Shown here in pieces: positions 38,001-38,799 of a stretch of 38,799 nucleotides of DNA; position 1 is the first letter of the stretch; every line of letters starts with the position of its first letter. Location: contig DAOVVV010000025.1 in assembly GCA_030637025.1 (NCBI GenBank), positions 1-38,799 on the forward strand. The letters run 5' to 3'. Position numbers and translations under genes: made by a program. The stretch comes from Clostridia bacterium (GTDB taxonomy: Bacteria > CBDUZB01 > JAGLHV01). The notes below the pieces were generated by a model. It was not told where the DNA came from. It saw nothing but the letters and a program-made list of their open reading frames with translations, and ran no database searches.

Positions 38001-38799
38001 CAATTTAGAACTATTAACCGCTTCATCTCGAAACATATCCAAAAATTTAGCCTCTTGAGAAAAAGATTTATGTATTTTTTTAATTGCAACAAATTTCTCC
38101 AGGTTTACAGCCCACGCTTTATAAACAGAAGCAAATCCCCCTCTTCCTATTTTTTTAATTATATGATACCTATTCCCACTTGCTTTCAAAAATTCTTTTG
38201 CTAGTTGCTCCTGGTTTTCCTCTTCCTTAAAAATTATACTTTTTTGACTTGGTTTCTCCCATTTTTTTATTGCTTTCCTTATTATTTCTTTTAATTGATC
38301 ATCAAAAATAGGCTTAACCAAATATGTATCAATGTACTCTCCCATTTTTTTCTTCTTGAATTCTTCTGTATCAAATTCATCAAATATAATAATATAACAA
38401 GCATTCTTATCAACTTTTCTAAGTTTCTTAATAGTATCTATGCCTTTTCCCCCGGATAATTGTGATTCAACTAATATTACATTGAAAACAATTTTACCAA
38501 CACTTTCAATAGCTTTTTCCTGAGTAGAAGCACAGGTAACAGAATACCCTTCATTTTTTAAAATGTCAGACAAAAAAGTTGTTGATTGATTATCACTATC
38601 AACTATCAATATATTTTCGTTTCGATAAGTAGCTGGTTTAGAAACCTCTTTCTTATGCATTTTCTCTTCCTTTTTACGCATTTCTTCTTCTTTCTTCTCT
38701 GCGGCTTTTCTTTCTTCCTCTTCCTTCTTACGCATTTCCTCTTCTTTCTTCTCTGCGGCTTTTCTTTCTTCCTCTTCCTTCTTACGCATTTCCTCTTCT
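35025..38799 (-). CDS. Large membrane-anchored Hanks-type Ser/Thr kinase (E/K/R repeats, pseudo-receiver, kinase, TM, PEGA repeats, TPR); 5'-truncated
   Basis: IGRGGFASV, VAIK, HRDVSPGN, DFG, YMSPEQ, DIYSIG; TM IIKITLSLLIGAIGFAAL; PEGA-like SVPSGASV, SFPEGADVYIDG, SRPQGAAIYVD; TPR-like helices at the C-terminus; frame stays open to the window end. Confidence 0.92.
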   Translation of the reverse strand, partial: EEEMRKKEEEERKAAEKKEEEMRKKEEEERKAAEKKEEEMRKKEEKMHKKEVSKPATYRNENILIVDSDNQSTTFLSDILKNEGYSVTCASTQEKAIESVGKIVFNVILVESQLSGGKGIDTIKKLRKVDKNACYIIIFDEFDTEEFKKKKMGEYIDTYLVKPIFDDQLKEIIRKAIKKWEKPSQKSIIFKEEENQEQLAKEFLKASGNRYHIIKKIGRGGFASVYKAWAVNLEKFVAIKKIHKSFSQEAKFLDMFRDEAVNSSKLEHENIVRVIDFLKTKDNIYYIIMEYVKGCNLHDILKRCQEKNKKISLDLAAHIISEVLKGLKYAHSKVDEVTGEPLSIVHRDVSPGNIMICFDGRVKITDFGIAKATTRYIAKAKKGALRGKVAYMSPEQAMGDVELDYRSDIYSIGIVLYRLLTGRWPFEGNTDYNVWEKVKKGKIDLDVLGDLTVPDGLIKVVSESLRKDREKRYQHDEDMFVDLQEYLHKQKKYSHMLMQEFKKFIYEILGKEIREEEKSSKKESTLSRRVAIEQEAMVKEDVADRAITDDFSSKQKPFFTLPEIEEVKEAQEEIKHEKVEEKEIKVEKEIRKEKEKEEIEFHEEAREKTVFDFVLDTANRYKKMIIKITLSLLIGAIGFAALDTFQHWTPLGDKIYNFFWPPTLSIDSVPSGASVSLVNDNGEDVIRKNAFSPAYVSKILPGNYTLILKKEGYKDIERRITVFGIERGKQDIRLEGMHASGQEKKQKVNLITIPFEIGLEINSFPEGADVYIDGNKLPGKTPLIQNMKVGEHTIKLVKEGFNVIGNVEKTTMRGQCNLNLIKDASDQEGVDRRYWDISSSVLDDGLISYILKGTFWKEISLDSRPQGAAIYVDDSKSSWGTTPQKISIKIGEYKIKLEKPNFQEWVGVIKVDADTEIDINPILKKWVYFYSYGEKKSKKDINAAVYIEGTKINGKKTPFKYPLVIKEYEVTFKKHPKYESRSFKVNINDRKVVKATLKQKPISLKIVVKNFTNEYNINNAYILINNKWVGRTDKNGVWKSFMKAGEYKIKIGKQKEYETAEVSKRLNWGQKEITLFVSLAPISKNKEKLFEKGQAYYKKGKWLKAQKTLNEVLKVDPENKTALKYLARVNKEIAKEKGEKIKRKTKIIFAEAKENFKDKKWLRAYDKYSQVLNLGPDDKSMINDSRRYIKYINKKMDNIAQGVTPVDRSKDLFYAIAFCYYREGDFKLAVAEWERVLTLDSRDPEVKEFIKKVKKKM
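38672..38799. repeat. 54-bp tandem repeat (18 aa, MRKKEEEERKAAEKKEEE), at least 2.3 copies, runs off the window
   Basis: The cat triplets (minus-strand ATG) recur at 38679, 38733 and 38787, a period of 54, with near-identical units. Confidence 0.92.

Noticed and set aside
332-38204. All + strand ORFs in the six-frame track (e.g. 22972-23427, 26812-27288, 6228-6530)
   Set aside because: Antisense shadows of well-conserved minus-strand genes, with Ile/Ser/Phe-rich composition and no recognisable motifs

Overview
An AT-rich bacterial chromosomal segment with 38 protein-coding genes, all on the minus strand. I saw no rRNA, tRNA, CRISPR array, transposase or prophage. In transcription order (right to left) the genes are: a 5'-truncated giant membrane Ser/Thr kinase (E/K/R repeat, pseudo-receiver, kinase, TM, PEGA, TPR); rpsF-ssb-rpsR-yybS-rplI-dnaB-alr-mlaE-mlaF-mlaD; glmS-acpS-nnr-CBS protein; small membrane protein-thiL-tsaE-[REC-GAF-GGDEF cyclase]-tsaB; an orphan LeuD/HacB-type small subunit-icd-malic enzyme-two-subunit class I fumarase-ndk-ackA; rpmF-plsX-fabH-fabD-fabG-acpP-fabF-rnc; and acyl-CoA dehydrogenase-etfB-etfA (with a ferredoxin fusion). 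The gene content suggests an anaerobic diderm, possibly Elusimicrobiota-like (inference only). The most unusual signal is non-coding. (A) A ~170-nt multi-stem palindrome (2 full copies and 1 partial) has about six paired substitutions between copies and G-T wobbles that favour the antisense (+) strand. (B) A ~110-120-nt element occurs twice in opposite orientation, its internal hairpin is flipped relative to its flanks, and one end resembles an IS200/IS605 terminus. (C) An ordered mosaic of short 7-10-nt repeat modules is shared by five intergenic spacers. Protein-level oddities include an L32 with a ~60-aa Lys/Glu tail built from 9-bp repeats, an MlaD with a probable C-terminal beta-barrel, and a CarCDE-like electron-bifurcating module. 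All alignments and base-pairings were done by eye.
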